64,000 nt of DNA from Slackia sp. (GCA_029266945.1 JARIED010000023.1:34491-98490); one strand, 5' to 3'; counted from the stretch's first letter, positions 51,188 to 60,946 are shown. Notes: generated by a model not told the origin, from the letters alone. Translations and numbers: made by a program.

Positions 51188-52263
51188 ATCACTTCGAACG
51201 TCAGGCTAGCCTCGAGAGGCGATACCATGCCGTCGGCCGTGCGGGCACGGACGGTGAGCTGGTACTCGCCGGCCTCCTCGAAGGAGGTCTCGAACTGCCA
51301 GTTGACCCACTTGTCGGCGGTAGCGCCTTCGGTCAGGCACTCGGTCCAGGTCTCGCCACCGTCGAAGGAAAACTCGATGGCTTCGATGGCGCTGCCCAGG
51401 TCGTCGGCCACACCCTCGAAGGTGATCGCGTCGCCAGCGAAGAACACGCAGCCGTCGGCGCTGTTCATGATCTCGATCTTGTTGCGGTACGCCGGATCGA
51501 CGGACTGAACGTCAGGAACCTGCTCCTCGGCGGTCAGCTTGATGTCGATGACGTTGCGCGTGAAGTAACGGGCGACGGTCTCGGGCATCCACAGCTGGGC
51601 GGAAGGACCGGCTTCGCTCTTGAGCTTCTCGCCGTTGACCTCATAAACCAGCAGCGCATCGCGGTCGAGGCAGTACTGCAGCGGCAGGGCCTGGCCGAAG
51701 CCGTCGGCTCCGTAAGCCGTCACGGTGTTCACGCCGTCCTCGAGGTCGGCCATGTCCACCACGGCCGCCAAAGGCACGCCCACGACGGCGGCCTGGCCGA
51801 ACGGAGCGCCGGTCGCACAAGAGCACACCATGGTCTGCTCCTCGGACTGCTCTTCCATGTCCTCGAGGTTCACGGAGAAGCTCTCCTTGATGTTGCCGCC
51901 CACGTTGATGTAGTAGTTCGCAACGCCCTCGGCAGGCTCGCCCACCACAAGCTCGTTGGCAGGTTTGGAGCACATCGAGGTAATCGTCGTGCCGAACACG
52001 TTGAACAGATCGTCGTTGGGGGTCACGCCGTCCTGGTTGAAGAAGAACGTGCCCTCTTTGTCGGCGACCTTGACATAGTCGCTCTCTTCGAGCTGCAGCG
52101 TGTGCGAGTCGATGGTGTAGCCGTTGTTCTCGTGCGTAGCGCCCTCGGGTGCATCCTGGCCGCCCAGGATCGTCGGGCCGCCCGCGGCGACGGCAACGCC
52201 GGTCATTCCCAGCAGAAGGGCGCCACCAGCCGCTCCTGCAGCCATTGCTTTCTTCTTATTCAT
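51184..52263 (-). CDS. Secreted sulfite-oxidase-fold (Moco-type) oxidoreductase paralogue, no haem motifs
   Basis: N-terminal signal MNKKKAMAAGAAGGALLLGMTGVAVAAGG. The core TMVCSC...VVGVPLAAVVDMADL...YGADGF...LLVYEVNGEKL resembles Oxidored_molyb. The C-terminal IEFSFDGGETWTEC...YQLTVRARTADG resembles the Mo-co dimerisation Ig-like domain. Confidence 0.78.
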   Translation of the reverse strand: MNKKKAMAAGAAGGALLLGMTGVAVAAGGPTILGGQDAPEGATHENNGYTIDSHTLQLEESDYVKVADKEGTFFFNQDGVTPNDDLFNVFGTTITSMCSKPANELVVGEPAEGVANYYINVGGNIKESFSVNLEDMEEQSEEQTMVCSCATGAPFGQAAVVGVPLAAVVDMADLEDGVNTVTAYGADGFGQALPLQYCLDRDALLVYEVNGEKLKSEAGPSAQLWMPETVARYFTRNVIDIKLTAEEQVPDVQSVDPAYRNKIEIMNSADGCVFFAGDAITFEGVADDLGSAIEAIEFSFDGGETWTECLTEGATADKWVNWQFETSFEEAGEYQLTVRARTADGMVSPLEASLTFEVI

Positions 52264-52286
52264 AAGAAAACGCTCCTTCGTGTTGA

Positions 52287-53972
52287 CTATTCGTTCTCAA
52301 GACCGGTCGAGAACATCAGAGGCAGGTCGGAATCGGGACCGCCGGCCTTGATGACCTTGTCCTCGGCGGGCAGCTGGTCCATAGCGTTGACCATGACCTC
52401 ATGCTCGCGGAAGCTCACTTCGCCCTGCTCGGTGGTTGCGCGAACGCTCAGGCAGTAGGCGCCGTGCTCAGGCGGGGTCCACTCGAAGGTCCACCAGATC
52501 CAGCGCTTGGTGTCGGTGTCGCCCAGATCGTAAGAGGTCCAGGTCTCGCCATGGTCCATAGAGAACTCGAGCGTCTTGACCTTGTGGTCGAAAGCGTCGA
52601 CGTAACCCTGGAAGGTGTAGGGCTTGCCGGTCTCGATGATCACGCCTTCAGGCGTGCCGCAGATCGTGGCGTTCGGACGGTTGACCAGCATTTCCTCCTG
52701 GTTCACCTGGCCGCAGACGCGCTCCTTCATCTCGTCGGAAGAAACGATGTAGCCGGAGGGCTGCTTGGAGAAGACCTGAGCGTCATAGCTTTCGACCCAG
52801 TTGATGCAGGGGAAGCCGCGACGTGCGTCGAGGTACTCGCCGCCCATCTTGTAGACCAGGTACTCGTTCTCGAGCATGGAGACGTCGATGCCGTTCTTGG
52901 AAGAACCGTCGGCGCGGACGCAGCGGATGGAGTTGGTGCCCTCGGTCATGCCGCCGGCACGCTCGATCAGCCAGCTCACGGGGATACCCGTGATCTCGGT
53001 CTGGCCGATGCCGCCGCCGCCGGTCGGGTTGAGGTCGCAGACCATCTTGGAAGCCTTGGTCACGACAGCGCCTTCGGCCTCGGCCTCGGCGATCAGGTCG
53101 ACCAGCTTAGCAGTGTAGGGGTTGGGCACGTTGCCCTCGATGGTGATTTCCCACTCGTCCATCATGCTCTGGGGCAGATCGAGGTCGAGAGCGGCATCGG
53201 AGCATGCATAGCGCATGTGGTCGTAATAGCCGTGAACGAAGTCGTAGCTGTACAGCTCGTCCATAGTCTGGACCTTGTCCTGCGTGAAGTCGAAGTTGCC
53301 CTCGACGTTCTCGACCGTGGTGATGCTGTCCTTCAGAGCGTCGTACTTCACGTTCTCCCACAGCTGCAGACCGTTGCCGTCGCCCGTGGCGGTGTGGCAG
53401 GACTCGCACGTGCCGTCGAAGCCATCTTTGAACTTCTCGGAGTTACGGCTGTTGAAGTGGATGCCGTGCATCAGTCGGCCGAACTCGTCGCCGTTGTCAC
53501 GATGGCAGGTGATGCACTGCTCGACGTCGCTGTAGGTCTCAAGGTCTTTGTTGGGAAGCACGGCGTGGCGGTATTCCATGTTCATGACGGTCTCATTGAG
53601 GTCGGCATGGCAGGAGTTGCAGCCCTTCTTGTCGGCATCCAGATAGTAGGTGTTGTACGAAATGGTCCAGCTTTGCTGCATCCAGTGCGGGCACTCGTAC
53701 TCGGAAGGAGTGCGCTGAACCAGCTTGCCGTTGGGAAGCTGACGGACCTCGGGAGCATACTCCTCGGCGATCCGGTCCCACTTCTCGTAGTTCTCGATGA
53801 TGTACTCCTTGCCAGGATACTGCACATCGCCGTCGGGCTCGCCGCCGCGCACGATCTCTGCCGCGGTGGAAGCCGAATCGACTGCGAAGGCAGGCACCAT
53901 GAGAGCCGACGCCGCAAGCACGGTTGCTATGCCTGTTACCATGGCAGCGCGCTTCGTCACCTTCTTCATCAT
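52287..53972 (-). CDS. Tri-haem c-type cytochrome fused to a sulfite-oxidase-fold (Moco-type) domain
   Basis: Signal or anchor MMKKVTKRAAMVTGIATVLAASALMVPAFA. Three CxxCH motifs (CNSCH, CITCH, CESCH) lie at nt 53394-53621. Next comes KMVCD...ITGIPVSWLIERAG...ADG...LVYKMGGEYL...GFPCI. The last part is LEFSMDHGETWTSYDL...WIWWTFEWTP...LSVRATTEQGEV. Confidence 0.8.
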   Translation of the reverse strand: MMKKVTKRAAMVTGIATVLAASALMVPAFAVDSASTAAEIVRGGEPDGDVQYPGKEYIIENYEKWDRIAEEYAPEVRQLPNGKLVQRTPSEYECPHWMQQSWTISYNTYYLDADKKGCNSCHADLNETVMNMEYRHAVLPNKDLETYSDVEQCITCHRDNGDEFGRLMHGIHFNSRNSEKFKDGFDGTCESCHTATGDGNGLQLWENVKYDALKDSITTVENVEGNFDFTQDKVQTMDELYSYDFVHGYYDHMRYACSDAALDLDLPQSMMDEWEITIEGNVPNPYTAKLVDLIAEAEAEGAVVTKASKMVCDLNPTGGGGIGQTEITGIPVSWLIERAGGMTEGTNSIRCVRADGSSKNGIDVSMLENEYLVYKMGGEYLDARRGFPCINWVESYDAQVFSKQPSGYIVSSDEMKERVCGQVNQEEMLVNRPNATICGTPEGVIIETGKPYTFQGYVDAFDHKVKTLEFSMDHGETWTSYDLGDTDTKRWIWWTFEWTPPEHGAYCLSVRATTEQGEVSFREHEVMVNAMDQLPAEDKVIKAGGPDSDLPLMFSTGLENE

Positions 53973-54306
53973 TCCCCCTTCTTCATTGCGACGGTCGCCG
54001 TTTCCTACCCGAAAACGATCGCCGCCGCCCCCTATCGGACCCCTCGGGTCCATCTGACAGACTCGAGATTAGCCCTCCGCAAGGCGGGCGCGCATCAACA
54101 CATCCGCGCTAAATGCCTGATAAATGGCATAGACCCTTTTGGTTGATGGGTGAAATGACCAGCACTAAACCAATAGTGAGGCTTTCTCCATAGACAGACG
54201 GAGCCTTTTCACGGACAATGAAGGAACAGGTGATAAGACGTCCGCTCCCCGCGGTCGGAGAAAGCCGTACGACCGCAAAAACATGCAATATACCGAAGGA
54301 GAGGGA

Positions 54307-55803
54307 ATGCTCGCATCCTTTAAAGATGCCGGCCTTTGTGCGCTATTCGCCGCCATCGGCCTCACCGTCAACCTAACCTGGTGCACGCTCGCAGGGCACA
54401 CGCCAGGGTTCACCGATGCCCTGTCAGGGTTCGGCGTGCCCGTCAACCCGCGCGCGTTCTTCCTCATGGGCATCCTTGCCATGAGCGTCGTATTCGCCGC
54501 GTTGCCGCGCAAAATGAGGGAAATGGAATCATCTCTGTGGCCCGTGGTCACCCTTCTCGCATCGGTCGGAACGGCATGCTTCGCCATCGCGTCGACCCAA
54601 AGCACCTTCCCTCCTGTCGCGCTTGCCATCGGAGGCCTGCTGCTTTTCGGCGTCGGCTATTTCTGGCTTACGGCACGATTCGTATTGCTTCTCGCGCGCA
54701 CACAAACCTTCATGCCCACCATGGCGTGCCTTGCCATATCGCTGATCGCCGAGCCGGCGCTTGTCTCGCTCGCCGAACGGCTCCTCAGCACCGATGCACA
54801 GGTATCCCTCGTCGTGCTGATGCCCATTCTTTCCACCGTGTTCTTCCAGTGCGCCCGCAGCGCCGCGCTCAAGCAGCGCAGCAGCGAAAAGACCGGCCGC
54901 ACGGTGTTCGGCGTTCCTTCGCGTCCGCGCGGCGAGCAGAAAAAAGGCATGCGAGACGACATTCGCGACGCGATCATCCTTATCGCCGCCGCATCGCTTC
55001 TTCTGGCCACCGTGCGCAGCCTGAGCTTCGTCGGCCTGTGGGGCGAAGGCCACATCGACGAGTTCGACCACCCGTCCATGACGTCGAGTCCGCTGCTTTT
55101 CCTGGCCTACTGCCTCGGCCTGGCGGCGTTTTCCTATCTCGCCCTCGGACGCACCGAGAACTGGCCGCTACGCCTGCGTTTCCAGCCGTCGTTCATCACG
55201 ATTATCATCACGCTGTCCGTGTCCATGATCCTCGCCGGCGACCAGAACGCCAACCCCGCCGTGCTCGACACGCTCATGAGGCTCAACGACTCGTTCTCGC
55301 ACCTGATGTTCTGGGCGGTGGTGGCCATCCTGCTCGACCTGTCCACCATCCCCTCGTATCGCGTCATCGGCACGGCCACGGCGCTTTACGCTGCAGGATC
55401 GATCGTCTGGGTTCTCTTCCTGGGCAAAGCCGACGCGGTCGAAAACCTCATCGTGATCGCGGCGATCTACGTGCTCTCCATCGCCTCAATGTATTACAGC
55501 TGGAACAAGCGCGAATCCGCGCCGAGCGATGCCGCCGCCGTGGTGACCGACGCCCTGGAGCGCCGCTGCGCCGAGGTTTCCGAGAAGTACAAGCTTTCGC
55601 CGCGCGAGAGCGAAATCTTGGTCCTACTCGCCCAGGGCCGCACCCGAACCTACATCCAGGAAGAATTGGTGCTGGCCGAAAACACCGTGAAGTCGCACGT
55701 CGCGCATATTTACACGAAGCTCGGCATCCGCGACCGCCAGGACATGATCGATATCGTGCTCGACATCGCCGACACGAAAAACGACAGGCACGCGAAAGAC
55801 TAG
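54307..55803 (+). CDS. Multi-TM LuxR-family transcriptional regulator (membrane sensor with C-terminal HTH)
   Basis: About 10 hydrophobic segments are followed by LSPRESEILVLLAQGRTRTYIQEELVLAENTVKSHVAHIYTKLGI. ATG behind AAGGAG. It is divergent from the cytochrome/SUOX-like operon. Confidence 0.86.
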   Translation: MLASFKDAGLCALFAAIGLTVNLTWCTLAGHTPGFTDALSGFGVPVNPRAFFLMGILAMSVVFAALPRKMREMESSLWPVVTLLASVGTACFAIASTQSTFPPVALAIGGLLLFGVGYFWLTARFVLLLARTQTFMPTMACLAISLIAEPALVSLAERLLSTDAQVSLVVLMPILSTVFFQCARSAALKQRSSEKTGRTVFGVPSRPRGEQKKGMRDDIRDAIILIAAASLLLATVRSLSFVGLWGEGHIDEFDHPSMTSSPLLFLAYCLGLAAFSYLALGRTENWPLRLRFQPSFITIIITLSVSMILAGDQNANPAVLDTLMRLNDSFSHLMFWAVVAILLDLSTIPSYRVIGTATALYAAGSIVWVLFLGKADAVENLIVIAAIYVLSIASMYYSWNKRESAPSDAAAVVTDALERRCAEVSEKYKLSPRESEILVLLAQGRTRTYIQEELVLAENTVKSHVAHIYTKLGIRDRQDMIDIVLDIADTKNDRHAKD

Positions 55804-55836
55804 GCCTGCGCCCTGCCGCATCCATCCGCACGTATT

Positions 55837-55872
55837 GCGCGCCTCCGCCCTGCGACAAGGCGCGCTTTTTTA
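55837..55872 (+). terminator. Intrinsic terminator of the LuxR-family gene
   Basis: GCGCGCC-loop-GGCGCGC is followed by TTTTTT. Confidence 0.65.
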
Positions 55873-55882
55873 TGCCCGCGCC

Positions 55883-56200
55883 CTACTTCGCAGCGGCAAG
55901 CATCTCTTCGATGCGGGAACGCGGCACATAGCCCGTCACCGCATCGACCCGCCTTCCACCCGAAAACAGAAGCGTCGTCGGCGCGGCGGCCACATCGAAG
56001 GCCCACGCCACGTCGGGAAATCGCACGGTATCCATGGCCGCGAAACGCATATGCGGGTAGGCGTCGGCCATCTGCTCGAGCAGCGCGCCGAGCGCATGGC
56101 ACGGCCCGCATCCAGGGCTGAAGAATTCGACCAGCACCGGACACGTCGCATCGGTCACCAGTTCGTCGAAGTTGTCTTTATCGAGTTCGATCAAGCGCAT
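55883..56200 (-). CDS. trxA: Thioredoxin
   Basis: 105 aa after trimming to MRLIELDKDNF, with the CGPC active site (FFSPGCGPCHAL). GGAGGTG SD upstream. Confidence 0.88.
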   Translation of the reverse strand: MRLIELDKDNFDELVTDATCPVLVEFFSPGCGPCHALGALLEQMADAYPHMRFAAMDTVRFPDVAWAFDVAAAPTTLLFSGGRRVDAVTGYVPRSRIEEMLAAAK

Positions 56201-56383
56201 CGCACACCTCCGCATCCGCGGCGCGTGCGCCGCAAGAAATCGTTTTCCTGCATTGTCGGAAGACGGCGACGAGCGTCAAGCAAGACCGAGCGCCCCTTCG
56301 GCGGCCGGAGGGGCGGAAGCGACAAGCCACACGTGGAATCGAACAACCGAAAACCCCGCCCCCCTGTCCAAGAGTGCAAAAAG

Positions 56384-56410
56384 AAAGGGAACCATGCGGT
56401 TCCCTTTTTT
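56384..56410. terminator. Bidirectional intrinsic terminator downstream of argS
   Basis: AAAGGGAACC-atgc-GGTTCCCTTT with T-runs on both strands. Confidence 0.68.
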
Positions 56411-56436
56411 CATTCGTATGCTCTCGCGAGCGGCTT

Positions 56437-58161
56437 CTACATGCGCTGCGGAGAGGAGATGCCCAGAATGCCGAGCGTCGTGGAAAGCACGATGCGGGTG
56501 GCGTCGCACAGGGCGAGACGCGCCTGCTTGAGCTTCTCGTCCTCAACCTTGAGCACCGGGCAATTCGTATAGAACTGGTGGAACAGACTGGCGAGGTCCT
56601 GAGCGTAGTGCGTCAGGCGGAACGGAGCGCGGTCGCGGGCAGCGAGGGCGATCAGGTCGCCGAACTCGCTCATCTTGCGCATCAGAGCGAACTCGGACGG
56701 ATCGGTGAGGACGCTCAGGTCCACGTCGGCCGGGATGCACTCGGCAGCCACGGCGCCCATGTCCAAGTTGTCTTCGCCCGAGTGACCGGAAGCGTCGCGC
56801 AGCAGCTTGCAGATGCGGGCATGCGCGTACTGGTCGTAGTACACCGGGTTGGAGGAGTCCTGCTTCTTGGCGACGTCGATATCGAAGTCGATCGGCTGCT
56901 CGCTGGAACGGCTCAGCATGTAGTAACGCGTGGCGTCGATGCCGACCTCGTCGATGAGCTCCTCGAAGGTGATCATCTCGCCGGTACGCTTGGACATGCG
57001 GACGGGCTTGCCGTCGCGGAACAGGTTGACCAGCTGGCCAAGCATGATCTCGAGTGCGCCGGGATGGCCCATGGCGGACAGAACGGCGGCGACGCGGGCG
57101 ATGTAGCCGTGGTGGTCGGCGCCCCAGATGTTGATCAGATGGTCGAAGCCGCGCAGCTTCTTCCAGTAGTGATAGGCCACGTCGGAAGCGAAGTAGGTGT
57201 AGTCGCCGTCGGCTTTGCGCACGACGCGGTCCTTCTCGTCGCCGTACTTGGAGGAACGGAACCACACAGCGCCGTCCTGGTCGTAGATGTCGCCCTGGTC
57301 GCGCAGATTATCGAGACAGAAGTCGAACGGGCTCTTGCCGCCGAACTCGTCGGAGGGAATATACATCTCGCGCTCGGACTGCCAACGCTCGAAGTGGTTG
57401 CCGAAGCGGTTCGTGATGTCGCGGAACATCTTCATGATGTAAGCGTAGCCGTACTCACGGAACTCGACCATGCGCTCGTTCTCGTCGGCGTCGACCCACT
57501 TGTCGCCGTCGCGGTCGATGATTTCCTTGGCGATGTCGTTGACATACAGGCCGTTGTAGCCGCCCTCGGGCACCTCGGCGTCTTCATGGCCGAGCTGCTG
57601 CAGGTAGCGAGCGGCGATGGACAGGCCGAACTTGTCCATCTGGACGCCGTGGTCGTTGATGTAGAACTCCTCGAAAACATCGTAGCCGGCGTGACGCATC
57701 AGGTTGGCCGTCGCGGAACCCAGAGCGGCCCAGCGGCCGTGGCCCACATGCATGGGGCCGGTGGGGTTGGCAGAGATGTACTCGATGTTGACCTTGCGCA
57801 TGCCCTCGGGCACGGTGCCGCGGCCGTAGTCGCCCTTCTCGGAGCGGACCTTGGTCACAACGTCCTGCAGCGCATCGTTGTTCAGGTAGAAGTTGATGAA
57901 GCCGGGGCCTGCGATCTCGACCTTGTTCACCAGCGTGTTCTCGGGAATGGCGTCGACGATGACCTGGGCGATTTCGCGAGGATTCTTCTTAGCGAGCTTC
58001 GCGCAACGCATAGCGGCCGTGCACGCCCAATCGCCGTGGCCTTCGTCTCGGGGTCGCTCGAGCGTGATTTCGGGAGCGTTTTCCATCTGAAGTTTGCCGG
58101 AAGCGATGGCCGCGTCCAGCGCAGCTCCGATAAGCTGCGTCAGTTCCTCGCGAGGTTGCAT
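56437..58161 (-). CDS. argS: Arginine--tRNA ligase
   Basis: Class I motifs: HVGH (SANPTGPMHVGHGR) and the MSKR-type loop (RMSKRTGE). There is a DALR anticodon-binding C-terminus. The start was trimmed to MQPREEL behind AAGGGAAGGAA. Confidence 0.95.
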   Translation of the reverse strand: MQPREELTQLIGAALDAAIASGKLQMENAPEITLERPRDEGHGDWACTAAMRCAKLAKKNPREIAQVIVDAIPENTLVNKVEIAGPGFINFYLNNDALQDVVTKVRSEKGDYGRGTVPEGMRKVNIEYISANPTGPMHVGHGRWAALGSATANLMRHAGYDVFEEFYINDHGVQMDKFGLSIAARYLQQLGHEDAEVPEGGYNGLYVNDIAKEIIDRDGDKWVDADENERMVEFREYGYAYIMKMFRDITNRFGNHFERWQSEREMYIPSDEFGGKSPFDFCLDNLRDQGDIYDQDGAVWFRSSKYGDEKDRVVRKADGDYTYFASDVAYHYWKKLRGFDHLINIWGADHHGYIARVAAVLSAMGHPGALEIMLGQLVNLFRDGKPVRMSKRTGEMITFEELIDEVGIDATRYYMLSRSSEQPIDFDIDVAKKQDSSNPVYYDQYAHARICKLLRDASGHSGEDNLDMGAVAAECIPADVDLSVLTDPSEFALMRKMSEFGDLIALAARDRAPFRLTHYAQDLASLFHQFYTNCPVLKVEDEKLKQARLALCDATRIVLSTTLGILGISSPQRM

Positions 58162-58644
58162 AGGTTCCTTCCCTTTCGTTCGAGCTGAGGCCGCATACCG
58201 TACCGGACGGCATGGGCTGAAAATACCTATAAGCTTTCTGATTGTACCATGCGCGGCATTAGGTGCTTCCCGCGCGCCCGAAAAGGGGAGAACCCCGTTC
58301 TTGAACACCTGCACAAAAACGCGAAGGTCACGGAGGGTCTAAAAAGATTCATTTATTTGCATATATCGATGCAAAATAGCGACTTTACGGGATATTCGAA
58401 ATTTATCCGATTAAAAACCTCACGAGTATGCACAAAGTTAGCATCACACGAACTTCACATTTAACGGGCTGCATAAGAAATGTCCGTTTATGCACGATGG
58501 AAACCCAGCCCGACACAAGAACGGTCGCATGCGCCGGCGCTTCGCGTTATCATGTTCGAGAATAATACACCCGCTCCCCTTTTCGGCCCGTTCGCCGCCG
58601 GAAAGGGGTCGCGACGACACGGCGCGCCGAGCGCAGGAGGGTCC

Positions 58645-59523
58645 ATGATCGACTTCGAGAAAGAATGGGAGCTCGTCCAGCAGACGCGCCCGAAGCCCAA
58701 CGACGCGCAGGGGTGGAACAAACGCTCCGCACGCTACGACAACAAAGACATGAAAAACGCTTATGCGGAAGACTTCCTGCGGCTAGCGGAAATCTATCCG
58801 AACGAATCGGTCTTCGACATGGGATGCGGAACGGGGACGCTGGCCGTCATGCTGGCCGAACGCGGCTGCGACGTGCATGCCGCCGACTTCAGCGACGGCA
58901 TGCTGGCCAAGCTGGCCGAAAACGCCGCCGTCCGCGGCGTCGAGGGCATCGACGCGTTCAAGATGAGCTGGGAAGACGATTGGTCCGCCTTCGGCATCGA
59001 AGACGACATGGTGGACGTGGCCATCGCATCGCGATCCATGTCGGTCGCGCACCTGGACGAAGCGCTCGACAAGCTGACGCGCATCGCGCGCCGCAAATGC
59101 TGCATCACCATGACCACCGGCACGGCGCCCTACGTCGACAGCCGCATCCTCGCCGCGATAGGCGTTCCCGCCGCCTCGACGAAAGACTATCTCTACGCCT
59201 TCGGCATCCTTGCCCAGAAGGGCCTCGAACCCAAGGTCGACTACGTCTACTCGACGCGCAAGGACACCTTCGACTCGCATGCCGAGGCGCTGGCCGATTT
59301 CACGCGCATGATCGACCGCTGCGGAACGCCCCTGACCGACGCCGAGCGCGATGCGGCCGTCGAGAAGCTTTCCGTCTGGCTCGAGCAGCACATCGTCGAA
59401 AATCCCGATGCCGGCAAGCCCGACCGCAAGGGCGTGCCCGAAGGTCTCCTGTGCCTCGATGTGCTGCGGGTCGTATCGTGGGCCTTCATCTCCTGGGACG
59501 CTCGCCCGCAAAACGCCTACTAA
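58645..59523 (+). CDS. Class I SAM-dependent methyltransferase
   Basis: VFDMGCGTGTLAVMLAERG...ADFSDGML. The start was trimmed to MIDFEKEW behind CAGGAGGG. Confidence 0.84.
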   Translation: MIDFEKEWELVQQTRPKPNDAQGWNKRSARYDNKDMKNAYAEDFLRLAEIYPNESVFDMGCGTGTLAVMLAERGCDVHAADFSDGMLAKLAENAAVRGVEGIDAFKMSWEDDWSAFGIEDDMVDVAIASRSMSVAHLDEALDKLTRIARRKCCITMTTGTAPYVDSRILAAIGVPAASTKDYLYAFGILAQKGLEPKVDYVYSTRKDTFDSHAEALADFTRMIDRCGTPLTDAERDAAVEKLSVWLEQHIVENPDAGKPDRKGVPEGLLCLDVLRVVSWAFISWDARPQNAY

Positions 59524-59622
59524 GCGATGCGCCGCCGCACGCGACGCATCGCTTCCAAACCGGCCGGCGCTGCCGCGCCGCACCTACGCCCGCGCATGCG
59601 GGCCCGAAAGAAAGGACCGGCC

Positions 59623-60888
59623 ATGTCGGATACCCCCTCCATGATTTCGCTCGAAGAGGCCCGCGCGCTCGTGGTCTCGCACGTGAGCGTCCTGCCCGCC
59701 GAAACCGTGCCGCTGCTCGATGCGATCGGACGCGTCGCGGCCGCCGATGTGAAAAGCGACATGGACGTGAGCCCCTTCGCCCACGCCGCCATGGACGGCT
59801 TCGCCGTGCATGCGAGCGACCTGGCCGAAGCGTCGGAAAACACGCCCGTCGAGCTCGATGTCATCGCCGACGTCCCCGCAGGCAGCACCTACGAAGGAGC
59901 AATCGAATCCGGCCGTTGCGTGCGCATCATGACGGGCGCCGCCCTTCCCGCCGACGTCGATTCGGTCGTGAAATACGAAATCGTCGAAACCGTCTCGGGC
60001 GACGGAAAAGCGGGCAGCTGCGTCCGCTTCAGCGAGCCCTGCAAGCCCGGCAGCAACGTGCGCGAAGCGGGCGAAGAGGCGCGCGAAGGCGAAACGGTCA
60101 TGCATGAAGGCGAAGTCATCCACCCCGCGGGCATCGGCTTTCTCGCCGGGTGCGGGGCGCTCGAGGTGGCCGTGCGCCGCCGTCCGCGCGTGGCGGTCAT
60201 CCCCATCGGCAGCGAGCTGGTCGAACCGCCCGCAAAGCCCGGTCCCGGCCACATCCGCAATTCCAACGGCTACGCCATGGCGGCCTGCGCGCGCGATGCC
60301 GGCGCGCTCTGCGACATCCTTCCCATCGTGGTCGACGACGAGGACCTGCTGGCCCAGGCCGTCGAGCGCGCGGCGGCCGAATACGACTTCGTCGTGACCA
60401 CCGGCGGCGCCTCCAACGGCGATTTCGACTTCATCAAGCCCGTCGTCGAGCGCCTCGGCACGCTGTATATGACCACCGTGAACATGCGCCCCGGCAAAGC
60501 CCAGACGTTCGGCCTGGTGAACGGCACGCCGGTGTTCGGCCTGCCTGGCAATCCGGCGGCCGCCTACATGGGCTTCTCGCTGATCATCCGCCCGGCGCTG
60601 CGCGCCATGCAGGGCTATACGGCCCTCGAGCACCCGTGCGTCAAAGCGCGCATTACCTCGTCGAAGAAAAAGAAGGACCCGCGCCGCATCTTCTCGCGCG
60701 CCACGATCGCGCGCGGCGCCGACGGCGTGCTCGAAGTGACCCCCGCCAAAAACCAGAGCTCCGGCCTGTTCGGCGTCATCCAGAAAAGCAACTGCGTCGC
60801 CATCATGCCCGAAGGCCTCGACCCCGTGCGCGAGGGCGACATGGTAGAGTGCATTCTGCTCGATGCGCCCGAGGACATCGTCCTGTAA
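59623..60888 (+). CDS. moeA: Molybdopterin molybdenumtransferase
   Basis: MoeA pattern: SPFAHAAMDGFAV, RIMTGAALP, IRNSNGYA, TTGGASNGDFDF, PGNPAAA. The start was trimmed to MSDTPSM. Confidence 0.92.
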   Translation: MSDTPSMISLEEARALVVSHVSVLPAETVPLLDAIGRVAAADVKSDMDVSPFAHAAMDGFAVHASDLAEASENTPVELDVIADVPAGSTYEGAIESGRCVRIMTGAALPADVDSVVKYEIVETVSGDGKAGSCVRFSEPCKPGSNVREAGEEAREGETVMHEGEVIHPAGIGFLAGCGALEVAVRRRPRVAVIPIGSELVEPPAKPGPGHIRNSNGYAMAACARDAGALCDILPIVVDDEDLLAQAVERAAAEYDFVVTTGGASNGDFDFIKPVVERLGTLYMTTVNMRPGKAQTFGLVNGTPVFGLPGNPAAAYMGFSLIIRPALRAMQGYTALEHPCVKARITSSKKKKDPRRIFSRATIARGADGVLEVTPAKNQSSGLFGVIQKSNCVAIMPEGLDPVREGDMVECILLDAPEDIVL

Positions 60889-60946
60889 CGCGCTCGATCC
60901 CGTCCTGACGGACGGATGCGGGAAGAAATCACGGAAAGAGGAATCC

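Noticed and set aside
54336-55931. 531-aa plus-strand ORF overlapping the LuxR-family gene in another frame
   Set aside because: It is Arg/Pro/His-rich with no hydrophobic segments or HTH. The alternative frame (54307-55803) gives a coherent multi-TM protein plus a LuxR HTH with an AAGGAG SD.
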